Both the position numbers and the translations under genes were made by a program. Below, piece by piece: positions 47,950 through 57,183 of a stretch of 64,000 bases of DNA (position 1 is its first letter; the number at the start of each line of letters is the position of its first letter). Origin of the DNA: Phycisphaeraceae bacterium (GTDB lineage: Bacteria; Planctomycetota; Phycisphaerae; Phycisphaerales; Phycisphaeraceae). The notes below the pieces were generated by a model. It made no database searches. It had not been told where the DNA came from and worked only from the letters and a program-made list of their open reading frames with translations. The stretch covers positions 3,296,001-3,360,000 of the forward strand of contig OY771506.1 in the NCBI GenBank assembly GCA_963674705.1, in the 5' to 3' direction.

Positions 47950-48198
47950 TTATGTCTGACGTTTACGCATGATCAGGAGTGCCAGGCCTTGCGGCGCCCC
48001 CAGTAGTAACGCCGTGGGTTCGGGGATGGATTGCATCACGTTATCCTCGCCATCTTCTTCACTATTCAGGGCGGTGCCGTCATCGATGCCGGGCTCGGTT
48101 GCGGTCGTTTACGCTTGAGCCGTTGCTGTATTAACCATACTAAGCAGTCCCGCCAGACCGATCGCGCCTACTGATTGATGCAGCTTTCTCCTCTTCAC
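47950..48198 (-). pseudogene. minimal PEP-CTERM protein gene interrupted by an in-frame TAA (not in the ORF track)
   Basis: One frame: MKRRKLHQSVGAIGLAGLLSMVNTATAQA*TTATEPGIDDGTALNSEEDGEDNVMQSIPEPTALLLGAPQGLALLIMRKRQT*. Internal stop at 48109-48111; GTG start at 48198. Confidence 0.75.
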
Positions 48199-48428
48199 AT
48201 CTCCCACGGCATCGTGGGTTATTTAAAGTGGGCTTGCGTGGCTCGCAACGACACGGCCACGCAAGGGCCCGTTCCGGGGTCGCCCCAGTGGGGGTAAAGG
48301 GCTTGTCCGGTTACCTGTTAGTCGTTCTGGAGGGGGGGACAACAAGGCGGGTTGTGAAAAAAGAAATAAACACCTTGATCGGTTCGTTATATTGGCACAC
48401 AATTGGGAGTGGAATCACATGGGGCCCA

Positions 48429-50555
48429 ATGACTGACGAACAAGCCCTACGAGCTTTGGTGGAAGAGAACTGCTGCAAGGCCTTTGCTGCGCTTGTAGAC
48501 AGGTACTATCGCCAGGTCTTCTCGATCTGCTATCGGCGGCTGAATAACCGTGCGGACGCCGAGGACGCCACACAGGACGTCTTCCGCAAGCTGATCGAAT
48601 CCTCCGACGAAATCGAACGCGACCTGGGCGGCTGGCTGCGGAGCTGTGCCGTCAATACCAGCATCAGTATGATCCGCTCGTCCTCGGCCCGCCGGCGTCG
48701 TGAGAATGCTTGTGACAACGAAGAGTGCTGTGCCGAATCTACCGAACATATCGACCGGGTTGAGTTGGTAAACCGCATGCTCAGCGAGCTGGACGATCAG
48801 CAGCGCGAATTGTTGATCCGGCACGTGGTCGGCGGGGTATCCCAATCCGCATTGGCTCAGGAACTGGGCGTCACCCAGCAGGCGGTGGCTTCACGAATAA
48901 CGACCATCCGCAACCGGCTGCGGGGCTGGCTTGACCTGCGCCAGATCACACTCGGCCTGGGCTTCCTGGTCACGGGCTGGTGGTCCACCGCCAAAGCCGC
49001 TGTCATCCGCACCGCGACATCACTGGGCCTGCCCACGACAGGCGGCGGTGTCGGCGTCGTCGGCGCTTCAGCAGGTAAAGGCACGATCGCGACCGCGGTT
49101 GCTGTCAGCGTGATCTGCTTATTACCCGGTGACGATCCGCAAGTCCTCACTCAACAGCACAACCGGCCTGATCGCAATACCCAGGCTCGCGCAACAACAT
49201 ACAGCCCGGCAGATTCCCAAACGCGGAACGCGGCTAATAGCTCAGCAACGATCGATCCCAACTTGCTGCTTGTCAATGACAACACATCAAGTTCAGCCGG
49301 CCGTTCACTCAGCAGTTTGATGGCAAACGCGGCGGACGTCTCGTTGTATCCACGTACCGTGACAGACCCGCTCCAGTACAACAACACGCAAGTCAGCGAG
49401 CCACTGGTAAACGCCGCTTCGACCTCGCCGGTAGCAGCAGCAACGCCCGTAATGACGGTGCCTGCCGCTCAACCCTTTACTTCGAATAACAGCACGTCAC
49501 TTGCGATCGCAACACCAAACCGGGTCACGCGGGATTCGGATCTATCAGCCGATACGACCGAGACGCGTGAACTCTCGAGCGTCGCTATTACACCCACTAC
49601 GCCGTCAACGGCCGAGCAGCCGGAAGCCGATATGCCCGTCGAGGTGGTGGATGCTGAAGAAGACATCCCCGCTGTCGGTGGCGGCGCTCATAAAGTGGTT
49701 GTTGTTGCAAAGGTCAACCCACACTATGGCGGCGGTCATGCCATGACCTGGCAAATGAATCCCGACCATGCGTTTGTGATCGACAAGATACAGCAATGGG
49801 CTGATGCGCGATGGGACCGAACCCAGGCGACCCAGCAGTGGCAGCCGACGATCCCAACTGAACACGTCGATGATGTATCGGCGCTTGCGGGAACCGTCGA
49901 CTTCAACGAACCGAACGAGCCGGCAGAGCACACCGAACCTTCAAACGATGCCGAATACGCCGACGCCGATGCGCCGTTTGACTTCAAACCCTTCAAGCGA
50001 CCGCCCCGCGACATGCGCTGGGAGGAAGACCGGCCGATCTTCGCGGATGGTTTTCCTGAGCCCGGGCCGTTTGATGATTTTGACCCGCAGCACGCAATGA
50101 CGCCGCCGGACTTCGAGCCGTTGACACAATTTGATGGCGAGTATCATCCGTTCGAGCAATCCACCACCTTTGCGGCCATCCTCCCCAACGGTGATAAGCC
50201 TGCTGAGCCCGACGCGGTAATCGGTGAAGTGTGGATGCCGATCATGCCTGTTCCCGATGTCATTGCCATCATCAACGCTACTGCCGAACACGACAACGTG
50301 CCGGATGTATCGGCAGGCGACGTATCGGATGGATGGGGAGATTCAGAGGACTTAACTGATATTGATCTGGCGGCCGTCATCATCCCCGTCGCGACGACTT
50401 TCTCCTTTACCTATCAGCCGGTGATCGTCCCGATGAGCTTCGCCGCCGATTCCGAGCGGTTGGCGTTGAACCAGACGCCGGCGACCCCACTGCCCGAACC
50501 GGCGGGCATCCTGCTGCTGGGCCTCGGCTCGACGCTGCTGCTGCGCCGGTCCTGA
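48429..50555 (+). CDS. ECF-type sigma-70 factor with hydrophobic segment(s), long low-complexity extension and C-terminal PEP-CTERM
   Basis: MTDEQAL...AFAALVDRY...DAEDATQDVF...GWL (sigma2); L...QRELL......SQ.ALA.ELGV....V.SRI......LR (sigma4); C-terminus LPEPAGILLLGLGSTLLLRRS. Confidence 0.88.
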   Translation: MTDEQALRALVEENCCKAFAALVDRYYRQVFSICYRRLNNRADAEDATQDVFRKLIESSDEIERDLGGWLRSCAVNTSISMIRSSSARRRRENACDNEECCAESTEHIDRVELVNRMLSELDDQQRELLIRHVVGGVSQSALAQELGVTQQAVASRITTIRNRLRGWLDLRQITLGLGFLVTGWWSTAKAAVIRTATSLGLPTTGGGVGVVGASAGKGTIATAVAVSVICLLPGDDPQVLTQQHNRPDRNTQARATTYSPADSQTRNAANSSATIDPNLLLVNDNTSSSAGRSLSSLMANAADVSLYPRTVTDPLQYNNTQVSEPLVNAASTSPVAAATPVMTVPAAQPFTSNNSTSLAIATPNRVTRDSDLSADTTETRELSSVAITPTTPSTAEQPEADMPVEVVDAEEDIPAVGGGAHKVVVVAKVNPHYGGGHAMTWQMNPDHAFVIDKIQQWADARWDRTQATQQWQPTIPTEHVDDVSALAGTVDFNEPNEPAEHTEPSNDAEYADADAPFDFKPFKRPPRDMRWEEDRPIFADGFPEPGPFDDFDPQHAMTPPDFEPLTQFDGEYHPFEQSTTFAAILPNGDKPAEPDAVIGEVWMPIMPVPDVIAIINATAEHDNVPDVSAGDVSDGWGDSEDLTDIDLAAVIIPVATTFSFTYQPVIVPMSFAADSERLALNQTPATPLPEPAGILLLGLGSTLLLRRS

Positions 50556-50706
50556 ACAGCACATCCAATACTCAAGCAGATCAAACCACCGGGGCACTAC
50601 GTAAGTTTGCTGTCAATCCACCGGCCGCGTAGATGATGGCCGCGCTGGCTGTTGGTACACTCTTGGCATGGTTAACCGGGGGTGAACTACGTACAGGGAA
50701 TTCAAC

Positions 50707-52713
50707 ATGCATCCAACGATCCGTCGCAGCCTTTATGTTCTGCTCTTCATCGTCGCACTGATCCCGGCCAAAACATTCGCACAGGCTACCGCGCCGGTCA
50801 CCAACCACCGCCACGAACATCATCACAATGACAAGCACCCGGTCGTCACCGACCAGAAGCTGATCTATACCAACCGCCAAGGCGCCGAACTCGACCTGCC
50901 GACAGATGAGCCGATGTTCACCTTCGTCGTCTTCGGCGACCGCACCGGCGGGCCCAAGGAAGGGATCGATGTCCTCGCCGATGCTGTCGCGGACGCCAAC
51001 CTGCTCGAGCCGGACCTTGTTATGACCGTCGGCGATATGGTGAACGGATACAACACCACGCCCGACTGGTTGGAGCAGATGACTCAGTACAAGCAGGTCA
51101 TGAACGAATTGCGCTGCCCATGGATGCCCGTGGCCGGCAACCACGACATCTACTGGCGCGGCGAAGGAAAGAAGCCGGAGGGTGAAAACGAATCCAATTA
51201 CGAAGCGCACTTCGGCCCGCTCTGGTACGCATTCGAACACAAGAACTGTTTCTTCATCGTGCTCTACACCGATGAAGGCAATCCCAAGACCGGCAACAAA
51301 ACCTACACCAAGCCCGAAGCACAAAAAATGAGCCCCGAACAGTTCGAATGGCTCAAGAGTATGCTCGAGAAAGCCAAGGACGCCGACCACGTCTTCCTGT
51401 TCATGCATCACCCGCGCTGGCATGGCAGGCAATACGGCGACGACTGGGAAAAGGTCCACAAAGAACTCGTCAAGGCCGGCAACGTCACCGCCGTCTTCGC
51501 CGGACACATCCACTTCATGACATACGATCAGCGCGACGGCATCGAGTATGTCGCGCTGGCGACAGTGGGGGGGAGTCAGGCCGGTACCGTCCCCGAGGCT
51601 GGTTCCCTGCATGAATTCCACCACGTCACCGTACGTAAAAACCAGATCGCATTGGCGTCGATACCGGTCGGGGAGGCGATGGACGTGCGCTTGATTACAT
51701 CTGACGTTGTCAAAATGGCAAGAGACCTCGCAGGCGTCCATCCCAACTTCGATAACGTGATCGAGGTCGGTGACGACGGATCGGCCATGACGGAGTTTAC
51801 CGTCACGGTCGACAATCCCGTAAAGTCCGACATACAGATCGAAGTGATGCCTTTCAGTGCCGACAGCCGTTGGGTCGTTACACCTGACCACGCCCACGCA
51901 CAGGTGCCCGGCAACGGTCAAATGAAACTGCGCTTCCAGGCCTTCCGTCCGGATGATTCGCTTGATGAATACACACGTCCGTTGGATGTCACCTTATCGA
52001 TGGATTTGCTGACAGACACAGCTCGTTACGCCATCCCCGACAAAACGCAAGTACTGCCCGGCTCGGTCGCGCTGCCTTACCCGCCACAAATGAAAGGTGA
52101 AGCGGTTCTGTATCTTGACGGCAACCGCGGCGCAGCCGTCGTCAATCCACGACTGGTCAAACTCGGCGGCGGCCCGTTCACCTTCGAGTGCTGGGTGAAA
52201 CCCGAATCCTTCGCCGAACGCACAGGCGTCATGGGCGCGCCAGGCTTCGGCATCTGGTTCGACAACGGCCGGCCCGTCTGCTACGTCTACAACGGCAAAG
52301 AGTGGTTCAACGTCTCCACCGACGACGGCAAAAAACTCGAACCCGGTAAAGCCTACCACCTTGCAGGCGTCTACAACGGCCGGCAACTACGCTTCTACAT
52401 CGACGGCATGCTTATCGGCCAGAAGAACGTCGACGGCAAGATCAAACTCGCCGGCGATCCGCTAACCTTCGGCGCCGAAACCACGCCCGGCGGCGAAACC
52501 AACACTCTCAACGGCTGGGTCGACGATGTGCGTCTCTCCAACTTCGCCCGTTACCAGGGTGAAAGCTTCAAACCCATCCGCCGACCCCAGACCGACGACC
52601 ACACCGTCCTGCTCCTTCACATGGACGCCGACCAGAACGGCTACATCTACGATGAGTCGGGCCACAAAGCCCACGCCGAGCTGCGTAAACCCGCGAAGAT
52701 CGATAGCGAATAA
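50707..52713 (+). CDS. secreted calcineurin-like metallophosphoesterase with a C-terminal LamG-like domain
   Basis: FGDRTG; VGDMV; AGNHD; MHHP; AGHIH; FTFECWVK...YHLAGVYNG....FYIDG...G.VDDVR.S..ARY. Confidence 0.88.
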   Translation: MHPTIRRSLYVLLFIVALIPAKTFAQATAPVTNHRHEHHHNDKHPVVTDQKLIYTNRQGAELDLPTDEPMFTFVVFGDRTGGPKEGIDVLADAVADANLLEPDLVMTVGDMVNGYNTTPDWLEQMTQYKQVMNELRCPWMPVAGNHDIYWRGEGKKPEGENESNYEAHFGPLWYAFEHKNCFFIVLYTDEGNPKTGNKTYTKPEAQKMSPEQFEWLKSMLEKAKDADHVFLFMHHPRWHGRQYGDDWEKVHKELVKAGNVTAVFAGHIHFMTYDQRDGIEYVALATVGGSQAGTVPEAGSLHEFHHVTVRKNQIALASIPVGEAMDVRLITSDVVKMARDLAGVHPNFDNVIEVGDDGSAMTEFTVTVDNPVKSDIQIEVMPFSADSRWVVTPDHAHAQVPGNGQMKLRFQAFRPDDSLDEYTRPLDVTLSMDLLTDTARYAIPDKTQVLPGSVALPYPPQMKGEAVLYLDGNRGAAVVNPRLVKLGGGPFTFECWVKPESFAERTGVMGAPGFGIWFDNGRPVCYVYNGKEWFNVSTDDGKKLEPGKAYHLAGVYNGRQLRFYIDGMLIGQKNVDGKIKLAGDPLTFGAETTPGGETNTLNGWVDDVRLSNFARYQGESFKPIRRPQTDDHTVLLLHMDADQNGYIYDESGHKAHAELRKPAKIDSE

Positions 52714-52770
52714 TCCTACCCCCTCTCCCCTCGGGAAAGGGCCGGGGTGAGGGCCGGATTCATTACGTGA
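52714..52770. repeat. CCCTCACCC/GGGAGAGGG REP copy
   Basis: Near-identical to 60007-60063. Confidence 0.85.
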
Positions 52771-52827
52771 TTGACAGACACCATATAGCTCGACCATCCT
52801 GGTCGAGTTATTGCTTGATGCACGGGA

Positions 52828-53919
52828 TTACCGCCACGCTTTAATGCGCATCATCTTCCCGTCTTCCTTCGCCGAGCGCTCGCACGCATCGAGATATGCC
52901 TGGATCTGTGCGCCGCGGACAAGGTCCGGCTGATCGTTCTTGCCCGTGCGGATCGATCTGATAAACCGCTGATAAATCGTCGGCGTTGCCTTGATCACGC
53001 GCGTCTTCCACTGCACCTTCTTCACATCGCGCCCAAGACACACGCGCAGGTGGTTGTAGTCCGTATCCAGATCGATCGCCAGCGCGCCGTCCGTGCCGTG
53101 CACCTCAAGCGCCACGCTGTTGGCATACCCCGTCGCCCAGCGTGTCGTGTTCGCCTGGCCGACCGCGCCGTTGACGAACGACATTTCGATCATCGCTGTA
53201 TCGTTGGCGTCGAGCTTTTTGCCCCGGTACTTCGCGATGTATGCTTTTTCATTCGGGTCATACTTCAGGAACGTGTGCAACCGGCAACCGAGTTTATCGA
53301 CATCGCCCGCCACGCCCGTGATAAAGTCCAGCAGGTGGCAGCCGATATCACCGAGCACGCCGCCCGATCCCGCCGCGGTCTGCAACCGCCACAGCCACGC
53401 CTCGCCCGTCCAGTGCCCCCAATTACCCGATGAAAGCCAGGACTGAAGGTATCGCCCGCGCACGTGCCTGATTTCGCCCAGCTTCCCGCTCGCCACCAGC
53501 TTCGCCGCCGCATGGAACGCCGCCGAATTGCGGTAGCTGAAGTTGATCATGTGGATGATGCCTTGATCGCTTGCTTTGGCAGCAGCCTTCGCCGCCTTCT
53601 TCGCATCCGCCAGCGACAGCCCCAAAGGCTTCTCGCACAGGATATGCTTACCCGCCTTCATCGCCCGGATCGCCTGCTCCACATGGAACTTATCCGGTGT
53701 CACGATCGACAGTGCATCCACCGCATCCAGCAGATCGTCCGGATCGCTGAACACGTGCTTGAACCCATGGTTTTGCGCATAGGTTTTCGCTCGCTCGTGG
53801 TTCACATCCATGCAGCCGACGAACTCGACGCCCCGGATCTTCTTGAACTCCATCGCGTGCAGGTTCGCCATGCCCCCGGTCCCGAGGACGCCCAGCCTGA
53901 TCTTGTTTGATTTTGCCAT
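52828..53919 (-). CDS. Gfo/Idh/MocA family oxidoreductase
   Basis: LGVLGTGGMA; I.TP...H; HILCEKP; GGVLGDIGCH..D; GTDG. Confidence 0.92.
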   Translation of the reverse strand: MAKSNKIRLGVLGTGGMANLHAMEFKKIRGVEFVGCMDVNHERAKTYAQNHGFKHVFSDPDDLLDAVDALSIVTPDKFHVEQAIRAMKAGKHILCEKPLGLSLADAKKAAKAAAKASDQGIIHMINFSYRNSAAFHAAAKLVASGKLGEIRHVRGRYLQSWLSSGNWGHWTGEAWLWRLQTAAGSGGVLGDIGCHLLDFITGVAGDVDKLGCRLHTFLKYDPNEKAYIAKYRGKKLDANDTAMIEMSFVNGAVGQANTTRWATGYANSVALEVHGTDGALAIDLDTDYNHLRVCLGRDVKKVQWKTRVIKATPTIYQRFIRSIRTGKNDQPDLVRGAQIQAYLDACERSAKEDGKMMRIKAWR

Positions 53920-53976
53920 AGGCAGTTATCGTAGCGAGTTCTTTGGCTGCGTCATGTTTGGACCTATACTGTTCTG

Positions 53977-55590
53977 ATGATCCGTTATCTGAAGTTTATG
54001 ACGGCAATCCTGTTGTTTGCCATCGCGACGGTACTTTCCGGGGCATCCGGAGTGTCCGAGGCCTATGGGGATACAGGGGGTTCCGGGGCTGATGATGCCG
54101 AAACGTACGAGCTATTTGTGTCACACGCCGAACCCGAAGCGATCGCCGGCGCGAAGCTGAGCGTGCTTTCCTACAACGCCGACATCAATGGCTTTCGCAC
54201 GGTGGGGGGGATCGATGCCGTGTTTGATCAACAAGCCCGTTGCAACGTCAACCTGCCGCCAGGCCGGTATATCTTTGAAGTCCTGAGCAACCATCAACCG
54301 GACACCATCGTTGCCTTGCGCTCAAACCCAATGGCGCTGCGTCGTGGCAGAAAGATCGAAGTCATCGCGAGCCAGCCCGTCCCGCTTGAGGTGCTTGTCG
54401 AGCGTAAGCCGGTCACACTGGAAACGGTCATGGTCCGCTCAGCCGCAACCGAAGGCGCATTGAAGTGGCAAGCCAAAGAAGATCAGCAAACACTATCCCT
54501 GATCCTGACGCCGAACGAAAACTATCGCCTTGCGATCTTCGCCAATCGAGAAAACCAGCGCTACGCATTCTGGCTAAAGAGCCGATCGCAAGACCTGAAA
54601 ACCGTCACGCTGCCGATGGATAAGGCCCGACGTCTGAAGTTCACCTGGCGCGATGGCGGCGAGCCGCGTGACGAATCCAAGCCCGCGCATGTCACGCTGT
54701 TCTTCCCGGATAACACCTGGCGTCTTGCCCTCGAACCTGATCTTGAGATCTACACCAACCGCCGATACATGGAGATGGCCTACAGCTACCCGACCCCACG
54801 CGGAACGTCCATGTACTTCCATCAAAAAGGCTACCTTCTTGAGAAGGACGGCACGATCGAGATCGGCGGGCCGGTCAAAGCGTACGCCTTCATCGCGGTG
54901 CAAAAAACCTATCAGTCACATGTCCGATACGAGCCCATGCTCTACCACCATGTCTGGCTGGCAGACGAATCGCAGCACCAGCTCAATCCGGTCGAATCCA
55001 AAGCCAACCTTAAATCCGTCCTGCATCGCATCGATGGAAAGGAAGTACCGAGTAATCCATTGCCAGCCGGCTCATTGGATAACCTGCGGCCATTATCCGA
55101 ACACTTCTACGTCGACATCTCCTACGACCTGGGAACCCCGCAGCAAATCGAACTCGCTCCGGTCGAACCGGTCGAAGTGCATTCCGCACACTTTGTGATG
55201 CCTGCCGTCCCCGGCTGGGAATGGCGCACCAAGGTCTATCTTTTACGAGCAGAACGCGCCTATCAGATGTTAGGGCCGGTAAGTGAATTCCCCGCCTCAT
55301 CCAACGTCATCATCGGATTCATGACCGACACAAGCCGGGCACGAGGCGGATGGAAAGGCAAACGCCGGGGAAGCAAACGCGGCCACATCAATATGCCGTT
55401 CCGCCATTACGTTCACGGCTTCGACGCCTTTGCACATACCAAGTTCCTCGTGCATGAAGTCGCTCATACCTACGGCTATCCCCACGGCGAAGCCATGAGC
55501 GCCACTCAACATGAGGCCGAACGACGTTACCACGAACACCGCTGGTTTGCCGCGGATAATCCCGATTACATCCCAAGCATCGCCTGGTAG
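53977..55590 (+). CDS. secreted hypothetical protein with a C-terminal HExxHxxGxxH zinc-protease motif
   Basis: Signal peptide; LVHEVAHTYGYPH near the C-terminus. Confidence 0.65.
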   Translation: MIRYLKFMTAILLFAIATVLSGASGVSEAYGDTGGSGADDAETYELFVSHAEPEAIAGAKLSVLSYNADINGFRTVGGIDAVFDQQARCNVNLPPGRYIFEVLSNHQPDTIVALRSNPMALRRGRKIEVIASQPVPLEVLVERKPVTLETVMVRSAATEGALKWQAKEDQQTLSLILTPNENYRLAIFANRENQRYAFWLKSRSQDLKTVTLPMDKARRLKFTWRDGGEPRDESKPAHVTLFFPDNTWRLALEPDLEIYTNRRYMEMAYSYPTPRGTSMYFHQKGYLLEKDGTIEIGGPVKAYAFIAVQKTYQSHVRYEPMLYHHVWLADESQHQLNPVESKANLKSVLHRIDGKEVPSNPLPAGSLDNLRPLSEHFYVDISYDLGTPQQIELAPVEPVEVHSAHFVMPAVPGWEWRTKVYLLRAERAYQMLGPVSEFPASSNVIIGFMTDTSRARGGWKGKRRGSKRGHINMPFRHYVHGFDAFAHTKFLVHEVAHTYGYPHGEAMSATQHEAERRYHEHRWFAADNPDYIPSIAW

Positions 55591-55605
55591 CTATAATGAC
55601 TGACC

Positions 55606-57051
55606 ATGTGGCGAGGCAATACCATAATCAAACCGAGCGTGAATCGTTGGCAATTCATCCTGCAGCTTGCGTTACTCCTGCCATGCTTGCTGCTGGGAAG
55701 TTGCGATGAGAAAGACATCACGCAAAAGACCCTGCCGGAACCGCAAGTCACCGTTATCAAACTCGACATGACACGTCCCGCAGACGCTGACGATTCCGCG
55801 GGTGGTCTGACCGTCGCCGATGTCAATGATGATGGGTTGATGGACTACCTTGTGACCATGCCCGGCCGACTTGTCGTATACGAAAACAACGGCAGCAAGC
55901 TTTGGGCGATCGATGCCGATATCGTCGTCAGCGCGCAGAGCGAAACCGACGGCCTGCCCGGGCATCACGGGCCCGGCGTCGCTGCGGGTGATGTCGATGG
56001 CGACGGGTCATGCGAAGTCATATTCCTTTCACGTGACGGCACGCTCCATGTCTATAACGGCGCAACGGGTAAAACCGACGCCACCGCCAAACCGCCCGTC
56101 CCCGAAGGCGCTGAACGCTGGGAACTGGCGATGATCGCCGACCTGCGCGGCAAAGGCGACGATCGCGACATCATCCTCCAGGCTACCAACACCGGCGACT
56201 ATCGCATAGGCAAGTTCATGGCTGCGTACGCATACGAAGACCTGATCGCCGGCAAACAACCGCTCTGGCAAACCGATACCTTCGATCCCTGTTATCACAA
56301 CGGCGCTCGACCCGCCGACATCGACGGCGACGGCCGGGATGAAGTGGTCGGCCGTGTCATCCTTAATGAAGATGGTAGCGTCCTGACGCACGCATTACAT
56401 TCAAAAAGCCACGGCGACGCCATCGCCATCGCGGATGTTCGCCCTGATCTGCCCGGGCTCGAAGTCGTCATGCCGGAGGAAGGCGTCAACCACATCCAAC
56501 TCATCAGCGTCGCCGGCCCTGTCTGGCGTGTGCACTACAAACACGAGGAGCCGCAAAACATCGCGGTCGGCCGATTCAATCCCGAATCCGATGCGCTCTA
56601 CATCTGGTGTCGATCGCGCTTCAAGACACATCAAAAACCGTTCGTCTTCGATGCCTACGGCGCATTGGTTACCGAATACGAGATGGATGATGTCAAACCG
56701 CGCGGCTGGACCGACAGCGGTGTTGAGGTCATCCATACAATCGACTGGACTGGGCAGTCCACACAACTCGCCTGTGCCAAGGAACGACACGAAGCCGGCG
56801 ACGTCGCGCTGTTCGAGCCATTAACCGGTCGCTTCGTGTTGCACATCCCCGAACAGGCAGACCGCCTGTATGTCGCGGATGTAAGCGGCGACTGGCGCGA
56901 GGAGATCATCGTGCTGTCGCACCTGTCAACCGGAAGCGAGCTTCACATCTACACCAATCCCGCCGAAAATCCGCAACCGGATCGCCCTTCACTTTGGCAG
57001 GATCGCAACTATCGAAGACTCAAGCAATGTCACAATTACTACTCGCCCTGA
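55606..57051 (+). CDS. FG-GAP/beta-propeller lipoprotein resembling family 11 rhamnogalacturonan lyases
   Basis: Lipobox LGSC; DVNDDG, DVDGDG, ADIDGDGRDEV; HGDA...D..PD.PGLEV; ADVSGDWREEII; L..D..YR. Confidence 0.7.
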   Translation: MWRGNTIIKPSVNRWQFILQLALLLPCLLLGSCDEKDITQKTLPEPQVTVIKLDMTRPADADDSAGGLTVADVNDDGLMDYLVTMPGRLVVYENNGSKLWAIDADIVVSAQSETDGLPGHHGPGVAAGDVDGDGSCEVIFLSRDGTLHVYNGATGKTDATAKPPVPEGAERWELAMIADLRGKGDDRDIILQATNTGDYRIGKFMAAYAYEDLIAGKQPLWQTDTFDPCYHNGARPADIDGDGRDEVVGRVILNEDGSVLTHALHSKSHGDAIAIADVRPDLPGLEVVMPEEGVNHIQLISVAGPVWRVHYKHEEPQNIAVGRFNPESDALYIWCRSRFKTHQKPFVFDAYGALVTEYEMDDVKPRGWTDSGVEVIHTIDWTGQSTQLACAKERHEAGDVALFEPLTGRFVLHIPEQADRLYVADVSGDWREEIIVLSHLSTGSELHIYTNPAENPQPDRPSLWQDRNYRRLKQCHNYYSP

Positions 57052-57183
57052 TGCGTGCGAATCAGTCTGTGGCGCTGTGAAACAAGTTACTTTTCATAAA
57101 AATGCGTATGCCGGCTTGCGTTAACGCGTCGCATCCGAGATAACAGGCAGCACGATCTTGAATCTCATGTCAGGGAGGTTGCT

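Noticed and set aside
48228..48428. 67-codon N-terminal extension of the ECF ORF
   Set aside because: Runs through the divergent promoter and hairpin region; the typical ECF start MTDEQ.L at 48429 is more plausible.
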